The notes under the pieces were generated by a model. That model was not told where the DNA came from. It worked only from the letters and a program-made list of their open reading frames with translations, and searched no databases. This document shows, one piece after another, positions 1-7,295 of a DNA stretch of 33,422 nucleotides. A program made the position numbers and the translations under genes. Location: positions 1 through 33,422 of the forward strand of contig DATGVC010000255.1 in assembly GCA_035300745.1 (NCBI GenBank), written 5' to 3'. Every line of letters starts with the position of its first letter. Within the stretch, counting starts at the first letter, position 1. Source of the stretch: Gemmatimonadales bacterium. GTDB lineage: Bacteria > Gemmatimonadota > Gemmatimonadetes > Gemmatimonadales > GWC2-71-9.

Positions 1-500
1 TCGAAGGCCTCGCCCGCTGCGTCATCACGCGTCTCGCCGAGCAGCCGGTAGCGGCCCCAGGCGGGTACGTCGAGCAGCAGGGTATGGCCTCCCGAGACGA
101 GCAGCGCCACGAACGGCGGCGCGAGATCGCGATCTTCGAGCGCCGGCGCGAACAGGTGGCCTTCCATATGGTGCACGCCGATGAGGGCGCGGTCGCCGGC
201 AAAGGCGAACGACTTGGCGTAGACGACGCCCACGAGCAGCGCGCCCGCGAGCCCCGGCCCCGCTGTTACTGCCACTGCATCGATCGCCGAGGGCGCCAGA
301 CCTGCTTCCGCGAACGCGCGCTCGACGACTGCGGGGAGTGCCGCGAGATGCGCGCGGCTCGCCAGCTCGGGAACGACGCCGCCGAAGACCTTGTGGATGT
401 CCTGCGACAGAATGACGAGGCTCGACAGCTCGCCGTTCACGAGCACGGCGGCCGAGGTTTCGTCGCACGACGTCTCGATGCCGAGGACGGCGTCAGCCAC
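1..500 (-). CDS. tsaD: tRNA N6-adenosine threonylcarbamoyltransferase TsaD (Kae1/Gcp), N-terminal ~166 codons; the 3' end lies beyond the window start
   Basis: Not in the ORF track because it runs off the window edge. Manual minus-strand translation from GTG at 500-498 gives VADAVLGIETSCDETSAAVLVNGELSSLVILSQDIHKVFGGVVPELASRAHLAALPAVVERAF...GVHHMEGHLF...LLVSGGHT. It carries the GIETSCDET and HxxGH metal motifs typical of TsaD. Confidence 0.9.
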   Translation of the reverse strand, partial: MADAVLGIETSCDETSAAVLVNGELSSLVILSQDIHKVFGGVVPELASRAHLAALPAVVERAFAEAGLAPSAIDAVAVTAGPGLAGALLVGVVYAKSFAFAGDRALIGVHHMEGHLFAPALEDRDLAPPFVALLVSGGHTLLLDVPAWGRYRLLGETRDDAAGEAF

Positions 501-1449
501 GACGGGGGGAGCGGGGGCGGGGGGGCGTGCCGCGGCGTCGCAGCGTAACGGAGTCGGGAATCGCGCGGGCGGTGATGCCGCGCGGCGCGATGACGGTGAT
601 CCGGGCTGAGCCGCCACTCGTTCCCGTGATGTGCGCGACGACCCGCAGGGAATCACGCGTCAGCCCCTGGACACGTTCTTCGGGGCCGCGTACAGCGACC
701 GACACGCGCGCCGGCGTGACGATGAAGCTCGTGATCGCGCCGGCCCCCGTCTCGACCGGGATGCCCGCGAACGAACGCTCGGCGATGTGACCCATGTCGC
801 CCGTCACGGTCACTTGCTTGGGAAAGAGGCGCACGATGCCGAGGGGCATCGTGTCGATCGGCACGGAGCGGGTGAATTCGCCCGAGACGCTGGTGATCTC
901 CATCGGCACGGTCGTGACGGAATCGATCGTCGCCAGACTCTTCTCCGGACCGACGAGGCGCACTGTCGTGGGCGTCATGGACAACCCGCCGTGCAGAACC
1001 TGACCGGAATCCGGGGTCACGGTCACGAGCGAGACGATGCGCACTTCTTTGCGAGCCACGCTGTCGAGCGCCAGCGTGATCTCGCTCGGCCGCACTTCCA
1101 TGACGCGGACGTCGGCGCCCTTGGGGAGCGCGAGCTCGACTTCATCAGGGTCGAGGCTGATCGACCAGGTGGAGGCGGTTAAGGTGTCGGGCACGCGGCG
1201 CGTGATGTCGCCCGCCAGCGAGCGCAGCTTGAGAATCTGGCTGCCCTTGCCGGAGATCTGGACGCGGACTTTGGGCGGTTTGTGCACCAATGCGCGCCCC
1301 CGCGGCAGCAGCACGTTCAGCGTTACGTCGAAGCTCGTCGTGACGGGTTGCTGCAACTGCACGGCGACATAGAGCATCAGCGCCAGGAACAGCGCCGCGC
1401 CCTTGATGGGCCAGTTGCGGGTGATCAGCTGCAACAGGCTACTGCGCAT
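493..1449 (-). CDS. YbbR-like domain-containing membrane-anchored protein (CdaR-like)
   Basis: 318-aa ORF. It has an N-terminal TM helix (IKGAALFLALMLYVAVQL), then repeated beta-rich modules of YbbR type and a Pro/Arg-rich tail. Its stop overlaps the tsaD start by 8 nt. Confidence 0.7.
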   Translation of the reverse strand: MRSSLLQLITRNWPIKGAALFLALMLYVAVQLQQPVTTSFDVTLNVLLPRGRALVHKPPKVRVQISGKGSQILKLRSLAGDITRRVPDTLTASTWSISLDPDEVELALPKGADVRVMEVRPSEITLALDSVARKEVRIVSLVTVTPDSGQVLHGGLSMTPTTVRLVGPEKSLATIDSVTTVPMEITSVSGEFTRSVPIDTMPLGIVRLFPKQVTVTGDMGHIAERSFAGIPVETGAGAITSFIVTPARVSVAVRGPEERVQGLTRDSLRVVAHITGTSGGSARITVIAPRGITARAIPDSVTLRRRGTPPRPRSPRRG

Positions 1450-1999
1450 TCAGCAGCCGTCGGATCAGCATTTCGTTCTCACCCGTGTCCCAATCCGTTG
1501 CGCCGATGACCCGTTTGACGATCATGCCATCCCGATCGATCAGATAGCTCTCGGGGACGCCAAAGATGTCGTACGCCTGTCTGATCGCCCCGCTGGGGTC
1601 GTGCAGAATATCGAACGTCAGGCCCAGCGTGCCCGCGAAGTCCAATATCTGCTTGGGGCCCTGCTGCTCCTGCGGATAGAATGCGTCGCCGTCGACGCTC
1701 ACCGCCACGATGCGGAAATCCGTGCCCGCGAGCTTCTTGTGCAGCCGTTCCATCGACGGCATTTCGGCTCGACAGGGCGGACACCACGTGGCCCAAATGT
1801 TCACCAAAACGACCTTGCCTCGATAATCCTCGAGGGTCTCACGGCGGTTCGTGCGCAAGTCCGTCGCGCTGAACTCGGGCGCCCGCGATCCAATCTCCAC
1901 AGGGTTGAGCTGCGGCCGCAGCTTGATCGCGAGCGCGACGCCGAACACGGCCGTCATCACCACGCCGGCGATCAGCGTCCACTGCTGCCGGTTCGTCAT
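1439..1999 (-). CDS. TlpA/ResA-family thiol:disulfide oxidoreductase (membrane-anchored redoxin)
   Basis: 186 aa with an N-terminal TM anchor and a thioredoxin-fold WCPPC active site (VNIWATWCPPCRAEMP). ATGA overlap with the rpe stop. Confidence 0.85.
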   Translation of the reverse strand: MTNRQQWTLIAGVVMTAVFGVALAIKLRPQLNPVEIGSRAPEFSATDLRTNRRETLEDYRGKVVLVNIWATWCPPCRAEMPSMERLHKKLAGTDFRIVAVSVDGDAFYPQEQQGPKQILDFAGTLGLTFDILHDPSGAIRQAYDIFGVPESYLIDRDGMIVKRVIGATDWDTGENEMLIRRLLNAQ

Positions 2000-2667
2000 A
2001 CTGTCACCATGCAGCGGCGGCGCAGCTCCTGCACTTCACGCGCAGGGTCGGCGCTCGCGAAAATCGCGTTGCCGGCCACAAACGTGTCGGCGCCGGCCTG
2101 ATGCGCTGCGGCGATCGTCTGTTTCGTGATTCCACCGTCGACCTCGAGAAGACATTGTGCGCGGTGCGTGGTGAGCAGCGCGCGGGCGCGCTGAATCTTT
2201 TCATTCGACCCGGGAAGGTAGCTCTGGCCACCAAAGCCTGGGTTGACCGTCATGATCAGCAGGAGGTCGAGATCGCGCACCACTTCCTCGGCGTGTGCGA
2301 GCGGCGTGGCGGGATTGAGCGCCAGCCCGGCCATCATCCCCTGCGTTTTGACCGCGTCGAGCTGGCGCTGCACGTGAATGGTGGCCTCGGGATGAAACGT
2401 GAATACCGAGGCGCCAGCAGCCGCGAACGACTCGATGTAGTGCTCCGGTTCAACGACCATGAGGTGCACGTCGATCGGCTTATCCGTCAGTTTGCGCAGC
2501 GTCTCTATCATATTGGCGCCGAACGTGATGTTCGGCACGAAGCGCCCGTCCATCACGTCCACGTGCAGCCAATCGGCTCCGGCTTCCAACACCCGCGCGA
2601 CTTGCTCCTTCAGGCGCGCGAGGTCGGCCGAGAGAACGCTAGGCGCGATGCGGATTCCGTTCGTCAC
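1996..2667 (-). CDS. rpe: ribulose-phosphate 3-epimerase
   Basis: C-terminal 223 codons of track ORF 1996..3360: VTNGIRIAPSVLSADLARL...HVDVMDGRFVPNITFG...HLMV...MTVNPGFGGQ...EVDGGI. The start is placed at GTG 2667-2665, forming a GTGA overlap with the stop of the upstream PASTA gene. The upstream Arg-rich extension of the track ORF is the wrong-frame shadow of the PASTA gene. Confidence 0.9.
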   Translation of the reverse strand: MTNGIRIAPSVLSADLARLKEQVARVLEAGADWLHVDVMDGRFVPNITFGANMIETLRKLTDKPIDVHLMVVEPEHYIESFAAAGASVFTFHPEATIHVQRQLDAVKTQGMMAGLALNPATPLAHAEEVVRDLDLLLIMTVNPGFGGQSYLPGSNEKIQRARALLTTHRAQCLLEVDGGITKQTIAAAHQAGADTFVAGNAIFASADPAREVQELRRRCMVTV

Positions 2668-3422
2668 TGTGGGCTCCGAGCCACGACAATGTCCACGACC
2701 GTGCCGGGCGCCGCCAGCGTCCCGGCTGCCGGCCGCTGGCCGACGACGGTTCCCGGCGATGCCTCTGCGGTGCGCCGTCGCGTCACCGTGCCGAGCTGCA
2801 GTCCTTCCATCTCCAGCCTGGTGCGCGCATCCGCCGATGCCATGCCGAGGAGATCGGGAATCGGAATCGTCGGCGCGCCGCGGCTGATGACGACGGTCAG
2901 GCCGGCACCGGCCGGCAGCGCGGTTCCTGCGGGGGGCCGCGTGAGCATCGCGAGACCCGTGGGCGCGGCTGCCTGGACCGACTCCACCTGACTGACCACC
3001 AATCCAGCGGCTGCGATCAGCGACTGCGCGAGCCCGCCGTCGAGATTCGACACGTCCGGCACCGGAATCTTGGGCGGGCCGGCGCTCGACACCAGGGTGA
3101 CTTTCGTTCCTTCCGGCGCGATCACGCCCGGCGGCGGATCCTGCCAGACGACGCCGCCGGCCGGCGCCGTGGGATGCGGCTCGGCGCCGCCATCGGCGAC
3201 TTGCAGCTTGGCTTTCTGAATCTCTGATTGCGCCTCGGCGAGCGTGAGCCCCAGTACGCGGGGCACGGCCTGGTGGCCCGGCAGGATCGGCGCGGGGAAC
3301 AGAATGAGGTACGCGGTGAGGTAACCGGCGAGCACCATGGCAACGCCGATCCCCAACCACCTCCAGACCTTGGGCGTGATCTTGAAGTCCTGAAACGGCT
3401 CGAAGTGCCGGCGAATGCGCAT
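2664..3422 (-). CDS. PASTA-domain protein: short cytoplasmic tail, one TM helix, three PASTA repeats, no kinase or transpeptidase domain
   Basis: 252 aa. TM helix WRWLGIGVAMVLAGYLTAYLILF. Three ~65-aa repeats each start with (V/I)P.(V/L) and end in a G..V.(V/L)(V/I)(S/A) strand (VPRVLGLTLAEAQ..., IPVPDVSNLDGGLAQ..., IPIPDLLGMASADAR...). Confidence 0.85.
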   Translation of the reverse strand: MRIRRHFEPFQDFKITPKVWRWLGIGVAMVLAGYLTAYLILFPAPILPGHQAVPRVLGLTLAEAQSEIQKAKLQVADGGAEPHPTAPAGGVVWQDPPPGVIAPEGTKVTLVSSAGPPKIPVPDVSNLDGGLAQSLIAAAGLVVSQVESVQAAAPTGLAMLTRPPAGTALPAGAGLTVVISRGAPTIPIPDLLGMASADARTRLEMEGLQLGTVTRRRTAEASPGTVVGQRPAAGTLAAPGTVVDIVVARSPQ

Positions 3423-4699
3423 CAGCTCACCCGCACGAGCCGCGCCGCGTATGCGCCGTCGATGCCGTGTCGCTGCGGCAGCGATTGAAAGTCGCCGGCA
3501 CCCGTCAGGAGCTCGGCGGGCAGTGACGCATCATTGCGGGCGGACCGCGTGAATCCGGGATTCCGGTTCAGGAAACTCTCCACGACGTCTTCATTCTCCT
3601 CGGGCTCGAGCGAGCAAGTCGCGTAGATGAGCAGCCCGCCCGGCCGAACGAGCGGTGCCGCGGCCGCGAGCAGCCGCGCCTGTCGGGTTGCCGCCCGCGC
3701 AAAGACCGTTGGGTCGAGGCGCCAGCGCGCGTCCGGGTGGCGCCGCATGGTGCCGGTCGCACTACACGGTGCGTCCACGAGGACCGCGTCGGCGCTGGCC
3801 GGCCGTATCGGCGCCGCCTCAAGATCGGCGCCGACGCAATGAATTTCCACTCCCGCGCGTCGAGTCGTGTCGGCGAGCCGGCCAAGGCGCTCGTGGCGTG
3901 CGTCACCGGCGAGAATCCGCGCTCCCCGCGCTTCGAGAGCGACGGCTTTGCCTCCGGGCGCGGCGCAGGCGTCGTACACCTGCTCGCCTGGCGGGATCGC
4001 CGCAAAGCGCGCAACGAGCGCATGCGCCGGGTCCTGCACGATGAATGCGCCCGCTGCGAAACCGGGCAACTCTCTGGGAGCAGGGAGCGGGGAGCGGGGA
4101 GCAGCGGAGACGTGAAGTCCAGCGCCGAACGGGGCGCGGGTCGGTACAACGCCGGCGTCAGCGAATGCACTCTCCAGACGTTCCAGCGTCCATCGCGCTG
4201 GCTGAACGATGAGAGCGGGGCGTGCGTCGTTCCACGCCAGCAGCTTTGTGGTCTGGTCCGGACCGAACCGAGCCTTCCAGCGAGCGACGAGCCAGTCGGG
4301 GTGAGTGTTCTCGGCTCCCCGCTCCCTGCTCCCCGCTCCCGACAGTTTGCGCAGCGCATGGTTCACATAGCCCGTGACCCCTTCCCCCACCGTCTGCCTG
4401 GCAAGTTCGACGGAAGTAGAGACGGCCGCATGTGAGGGCACGCGGGTCAACCAGCGCAGCTGATAGGCGCCGAGGCGGAGGACGTCGTGAAGGCGGGGAT
4501 CGGCGCGGTCCAGATCCAGCGCGCTGTCGAGCTCGCGCTGGCGGCGGAGCACACCGGCCGAGAGCTCGTAGGCGAGGCGGCGGTCGCGCTCCGCGAGGCC
4601 TTCGAGATGGCGGTCGCGAGCATCGGTGAGGGGCGCGCCGGCGCGTACTTCGCGGAGAATCTCCAGAGCCGCCCGGCGCGCGGCGGTTGCTTCCTTAAT
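3422..4699 (-). CDS. rsmB: 16S rRNA (cytosine967-C5)-methyltransferase RsmB/Sun; the 5' end is uncertain (no canonical start upstream of 4552)
   Basis: The track ORF starts at GTG 4552. The same frame stays open upstream and reads [58 protein letters not shown], the NusB-like RsmB N-terminus. SAM-MTase motifs follow ([39 protein letters not shown]). The 5' boundary is set at ATT 4699-4697, which shares one nucleotide with the thiG stop TAA. Confidence 0.8.
   Translation of the reverse strand: MKEATAARRAALEILREVRAGAPLTDARDRHLEGLAERDRRLAYELSAGVLRRQRELDSALDLDRADPRLHDVLRLGAYQLRWLTRVPSHAAVSTSVELARQTVGEGVTGYVNHALRKLSGAGSRERGAENTHPDWLVARWKARFGPDQTTKLLAWNDARPALIVQPARWTLERLESAFADAGVVPTRAPFGAGLHVSAAPRSPLPAPRELPGFAAGAFIVQDPAHALVARFAAIPPGEQVYDACAAPGGKAVALEARGARILAGDARHERLGRLADTTRRAGVEIHCVGADLEAAPIRPASADAVLVDAPCSATGTMRRHPDARWRLDPTVFARAATRQARLLAAAAPLVRPGGLLIYATCSLEPEENEDVVESFLNRNPGFTRSARNDASLPAELLTGAGDFQSLPQRHGIDGAYAARLVRVS
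4076..4103. repeat. tandem heptamer array GGGAGCA GGGAGCG GGGAGCG GGGAGCA (x4), inside rsmB
   Basis: Read directly from the sequence. On the rsmB coding strand it encodes ..[12 protein letters not shown].. Confidence 0.9.
4322..4349. repeat. tandem heptamer array GGCTCCC CGCTCCC TGCTCCC CGCTCCC (x4), the inverted orientation of the 4076 array, inside rsmB
   Basis: Read directly from the sequence. On the coding strand it encodes ..[11 protein letters not shown].. Confidence 0.9.
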
Positions 4700-5492
4700 C
4701 CAGCATCCCCCGCGTGGGGGAAGACGGCATCGCGACTTCGCGGCGCGGCATCCGGCCCGCGAGAAAGGCGGCGCGGCCTGCGATCGTCGCCAGGCGCATG
4801 GCCTGCGCCATCGCGACCGGATCTTGCGCGGCGGCGATCGCCGTGTTCATCAGGATCCCATCTACGCCCTGCTCCATCGTGACGCACGCGTCGGACGCGG
4901 TGCCCACGCCCGCATCCACGATCACCGGCACATGGAGACGCCGCTTGATCGTGCGCACGCTGAATGGATTCAGTAACCCGAGCCCGCTGCCGATCGGCGA
5001 CGCGAGCGGCATCACCGCGGCGCAGCCTGCATCCTCGAGCCGCAGCGCCGTCACGAGATCTTCGTTGGTATAGGCGAGAACTTTGAAGCCTTCCTGCACC
5101 AGCACTTTCGCCGCCTCGAGCAGACCCGCCACGTCAGGAAGCAGCGTCTCCTCGTCGCCGATCACCTCGAGCTTCACGAAGTCGTTGAACCCCGCCTCGC
5201 GCGCGAGCCGCGCGTAGCGGATCGCGTCAGAGGCGGTGTAACAGCCGGCGGTGTTGGCGAGCAGGAAGATCTTCTTGGGATCGAGGAAGTGCAGCACGCT
5301 CGATTCCTTGGAGCGGTCGAGGTTCACCCGACGTACGGCGACCGTCACGACCTCGGCACCCGACGCCTCGATCGCACGCACCATCGTCTCCATGTCGGGA
5401 TACTTCCCCGTCCCGACCAGGAGCCGCGACTGGAACGTCCGCCCGCCGATCGTCAGCGGCTCGTCGCGAATTGTTTCGACAGCGGTAGTCAT
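4695..5492 (-). CDS. thiG: thiazole synthase
   Basis: 265 aa: [19 protein letters not shown]...VKLEVIGD...[13 protein letters not shown]...[14 protein letters not shown]. Full-length ThiG signature. AGGAA lies 6 nt upstream of the ATG. Confidence 0.95.
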   Translation of the reverse strand: MTTAVETIRDEPLTIGGRTFQSRLLVGTGKYPDMETMVRAIEASGAEVVTVAVRRVNLDRSKESSVLHFLDPKKIFLLANTAGCYTASDAIRYARLAREAGFNDFVKLEVIGDEETLLPDVAGLLEAAKVLVQEGFKVLAYTNEDLVTALRLEDAGCAAVMPLASPIGSGLGLLNPFSVRTIKRRLHVPVIVDAGVGTASDACVTMEQGVDGILMNTAIAAAQDPVAMAQAMRLATIAGRAAFLAGRMPRREVAMPSSPTRGMLD

Positions 5493-5504
5493 GGTTAGTT
5501 CCTA

Positions 5505-5528
5505 GGCGTCTCGGCGTCTCGGCATCTC
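5505..5528. repeat. tandem octamer array GGCGTCTC GGCGTCTC GGCATCTC (x3) in the thiS-thiG spacer
   Basis: Read directly. It occupies 24 of the 41 spacer nucleotides. Confidence 0.9.
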
Positions 5529-5533
5529 GTATT

Positions 5534-5734
5534 TCATCCGCCTCCCACGAAATGCACCAGCTCGATCGCGTCCCCTTCGCTCACTTTCACGTCACCCAGC
5601 GCGGGTCGCCGCACAATACGGCGATTGTGCTCGACCACGACCGCTCGCGGGTCAAGCTTGAGCTGGCCCAGCACCTCGAGCAACGACGCTCCGGGTGTAA
5701 CCTGCCTGCGCTCTCCATTGATTACGACATCCAT
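5534..5734 (-). CDS. thiS: sulfur-carrier protein ThiS
   Basis: Internal ATG of track ORF 5534..5779 gives a 66-aa protein, MDVVINGERRQV...GDAIELVHFVGGG. It has ubiquitin-like ThiS length and a C-terminal GG. It overlaps the thiE 3' end by 13 nt. Confidence 0.85.
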   Translation of the reverse strand: MDVVINGERRQVTPGASLLEVLGQLKLDPRAVVVEHNRRIVRRPALGDVKVSEGDAIELVHFVGGG

Positions 5735-6339
5735 TCCCGCATCCTCCGCGCAGCCTCGGCCGGCTCGACGTCGTCCCACAGGGCCCGAATCGCGGCGACG
5801 CCGTAGGCTCCGCTGTTTCTTACTTCACGCACGCGATCGACGGTTATTCCGCCGATCGCGATCACCGGGAGTCCGTCAACCGCCGACGCGATCGCCTGCA
5901 GGCGCTGCAGTCCCAGCGGCGCGCGTCCCGGATGTGAGGCGGTGGCGAATACCGGCCCTACAACAAGATAGTCAGCCCCTTCCGTCCTTGCGCCTTCGGC
6001 CTCCGCCAAATCATGCACGGACTTACCGATCCACCACAGCGGATTGAGCGCGCGCGCGGCGCTGACGGGCAGGCTGCCATGGCCGAGCTGCACGCCGGCG
6101 GTCGGAACGGCGAGGGCGACGTCGAGACGGTCGTTCACGAACAGTCTGACGGTCTGACTGTCTGACAGTCGGACGGCCAGCTCGTAATGCTCGCGGCCGC
6201 TGAGCGAACGGCCGCGCGCATGAAACGCCAGCTGCGACCCACCCCCTTTTGCAAGCTCGCGTGCAACGTCCAGCAAGTCGGCGCGGCGCGCGATCCGTTC
6301 GTCCGTGATCGCGTGCAGGCGCGGGAGCGGCGGTCTCAC
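5722..6339 (-). CDS. thiE: thiamine-phosphate synthase
   Basis: C-terminal 205 codons of track ORF 5722..6930: VRPPLPRLHAITDE...LFVNDRLDVALA...GVQLG...GKSVH...ADYLVVGPVFAT.SH...PVIAIGGI. GTG 6339-6337 forms a GTGA overlap with the fmt stop. Confidence 0.85.
   Translation of the reverse strand: MRPPLPRLHAITDERIARRADLLDVARELAKGGGSQLAFHARGRSLSGREHYELAVRLSDSQTVRLFVNDRLDVALAVPTAGVQLGHGSLPVSAARALNPLWWIGKSVHDLAEAEGARTEGADYLVVGPVFATASHPGRAPLGLQRLQAIASAVDGLPVIAIGGITVDRVREVRNSGAYGVAAIRALWDDVEPAEAARRMREWMS
6143..6174. repeat. tandem octamer array AGTCTGAC GGTCTGAC TGTCTGAC AGTCGGAC (x4) inside thiE
   Basis: Read directly. On the coding strand it encodes ..VRLSDSQTVRL.. Confidence 0.9.
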
Positions 6340-7295
6340 GTGAACCTGGCGCCGGCCTTGAGCCGAGCACCCCGCAGCCAGTCGCTGGTTGGCATCCGTT
6401 CTTTCCCGGCAGGCTGTACCTCGAAGATTTCGACGGTGCCGCCACCCAGATCCTTGAACGGCCCCGTCGCGACGACAAGCGAGCCCTCTGCTGACAGGAC
6501 CTCGCCGGGGGCGCCGGTGCCGGGGAAGGGCGGCTCCATGACTTTCGGAGTGAACAACTTGATCTCGACATCCTTCAGTTCCGTCCAGGCACCGGGCCGA
6601 GGATCGAGCCCGCGGATGAGACAACTGATCGTGCGTGCGTCCGTGGTCCAATCGACGCGCGCGGTTTCCCGTGTGAGCTTCGGCGCGAGTGTCGCTCGGG
6701 CTTCGTTCTGCGGCACCGGCTGAGGTGGCGGGTCGCTCTGCTCCATCAGCGCGAGCGTTTCGATCAAGGCCTGGGCGCCCATCTCGGCGAGATGCGCCGA
6801 CAGCTCGCCTCCGGTTACGTCGGCGCCGATGCGATGGGGGATCTGGTGCAGGATGGGTCCGGAATCCATACCGGCATCGAGCTGCATGATCGTCACGCCG
6901 GTCGTCTCGTGGCCGCGGATGATGGCCCACTCGACCGGTGCCGCGCCGCGCAGGCCGGGCAGCAGCGACGGATGCACGTTGATCATGCCGCGCGGCGGCA
7001 GCGCCAGCAGCTCAGGTCTAAGGATGTGGCCGTAGGCGACGACGACGCCGATCTCCGGCTGCAGCTCGCGCAGCTGTTTGAGAAACGCGGGGTCTGTCGG
7101 CTTTTCCGGCTGCACAACCACGAGATCCTCAGCTTCGGCCGCCACTTTCACCGGCGGGGGAATCAGTTTCGAGCGAGAGCGGCCTTGCGGCGCATCGGGT
7201 TGCGTGACGACGGTGACCACGTCGAATCCTTCTCCGACGAGCGCGCGCAGCGACGGCACCGCGAATTCAGGCGTACCAAAGAAAGCCACACGCAC
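6336..7295 (-). CDS. fmt: methionyl-tRNA formyltransferase
   Basis: 319 aa: MRVAFFGTPEFAVPSL...VVTQPD...INVHPSLLP..RGAAP. GTG start immediately after the def stop (TAA GTG). Confidence 0.95.
   Translation of the reverse strand: MRVAFFGTPEFAVPSLRALVGEGFDVVTVVTQPDAPQGRSRSKLIPPPVKVAAEAEDLVVVQPEKPTDPAFLKQLRELQPEIGVVVAYGHILRPELLALPPRGMINVHPSLLPGLRGAAPVEWAIIRGHETTGVTIMQLDAGMDSGPILHQIPHRIGADVTGGELSAHLAEMGAQALIETLALMEQSDPPPQPVPQNEARATLAPKLTRETARVDWTTDARTISCLIRGLDPRPGAWTELKDVEIKLFTPKVMEPPFPGTGAPGEVLSAEGSLVVATGPFKDLGGGTVEIFEVQPAGKERMPTSDWLRGARLKAGARFT

Noticed and set aside
25-468. 147-aa Arg-rich ORF (and the 84..548 plus-strand ORF) overlapping the window start
   Set aside because: Both are shadow frames of tsaD. 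Their composition (R/A/G/P-rich, no motifs) is typical of wrong-frame translation in GC-rich DNA, whereas the third frame gives an unmistakable TsaD N-terminus.
501-527. G-rich tract GACGGGGGGAGCGGGGGCGGGGGGGCG as a G-quadruplex element
   Set aside because: It contains only three long G-runs and lies in the Pro/Arg-rich C-terminal tail coding region of the YbbR-like gene (PPRPRSP). Codon composition explains it adequately.
2668-3360. N-terminal 230-residue extension of track ORF 1996..3360 upstream of rpe
   Set aside because: It is Arg/Gly-rich nonsense overlapping the well-supported PASTA gene in another frame. rpe homology starts at GTG 2667.
4076-4349. Inverted 28-nt arrays flanking 218 nt: a MITE inserted in rsmB?
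   Set aside because: The enclosed 218 nt encode a conserved, in-frame RsmB segment ([10 protein letters not shown]...). They are host sequence, not cargo, and no target-site duplication is seen.
5493-5533. TPP (THI-box) riboswitch in front of thi genes
   Set aside because: The only non-coding stretch is 41 nt and consists of an octamer repeat plus an SD. That is far too short for the ~100-nt riboswitch, and the thiE start overlaps fmt.
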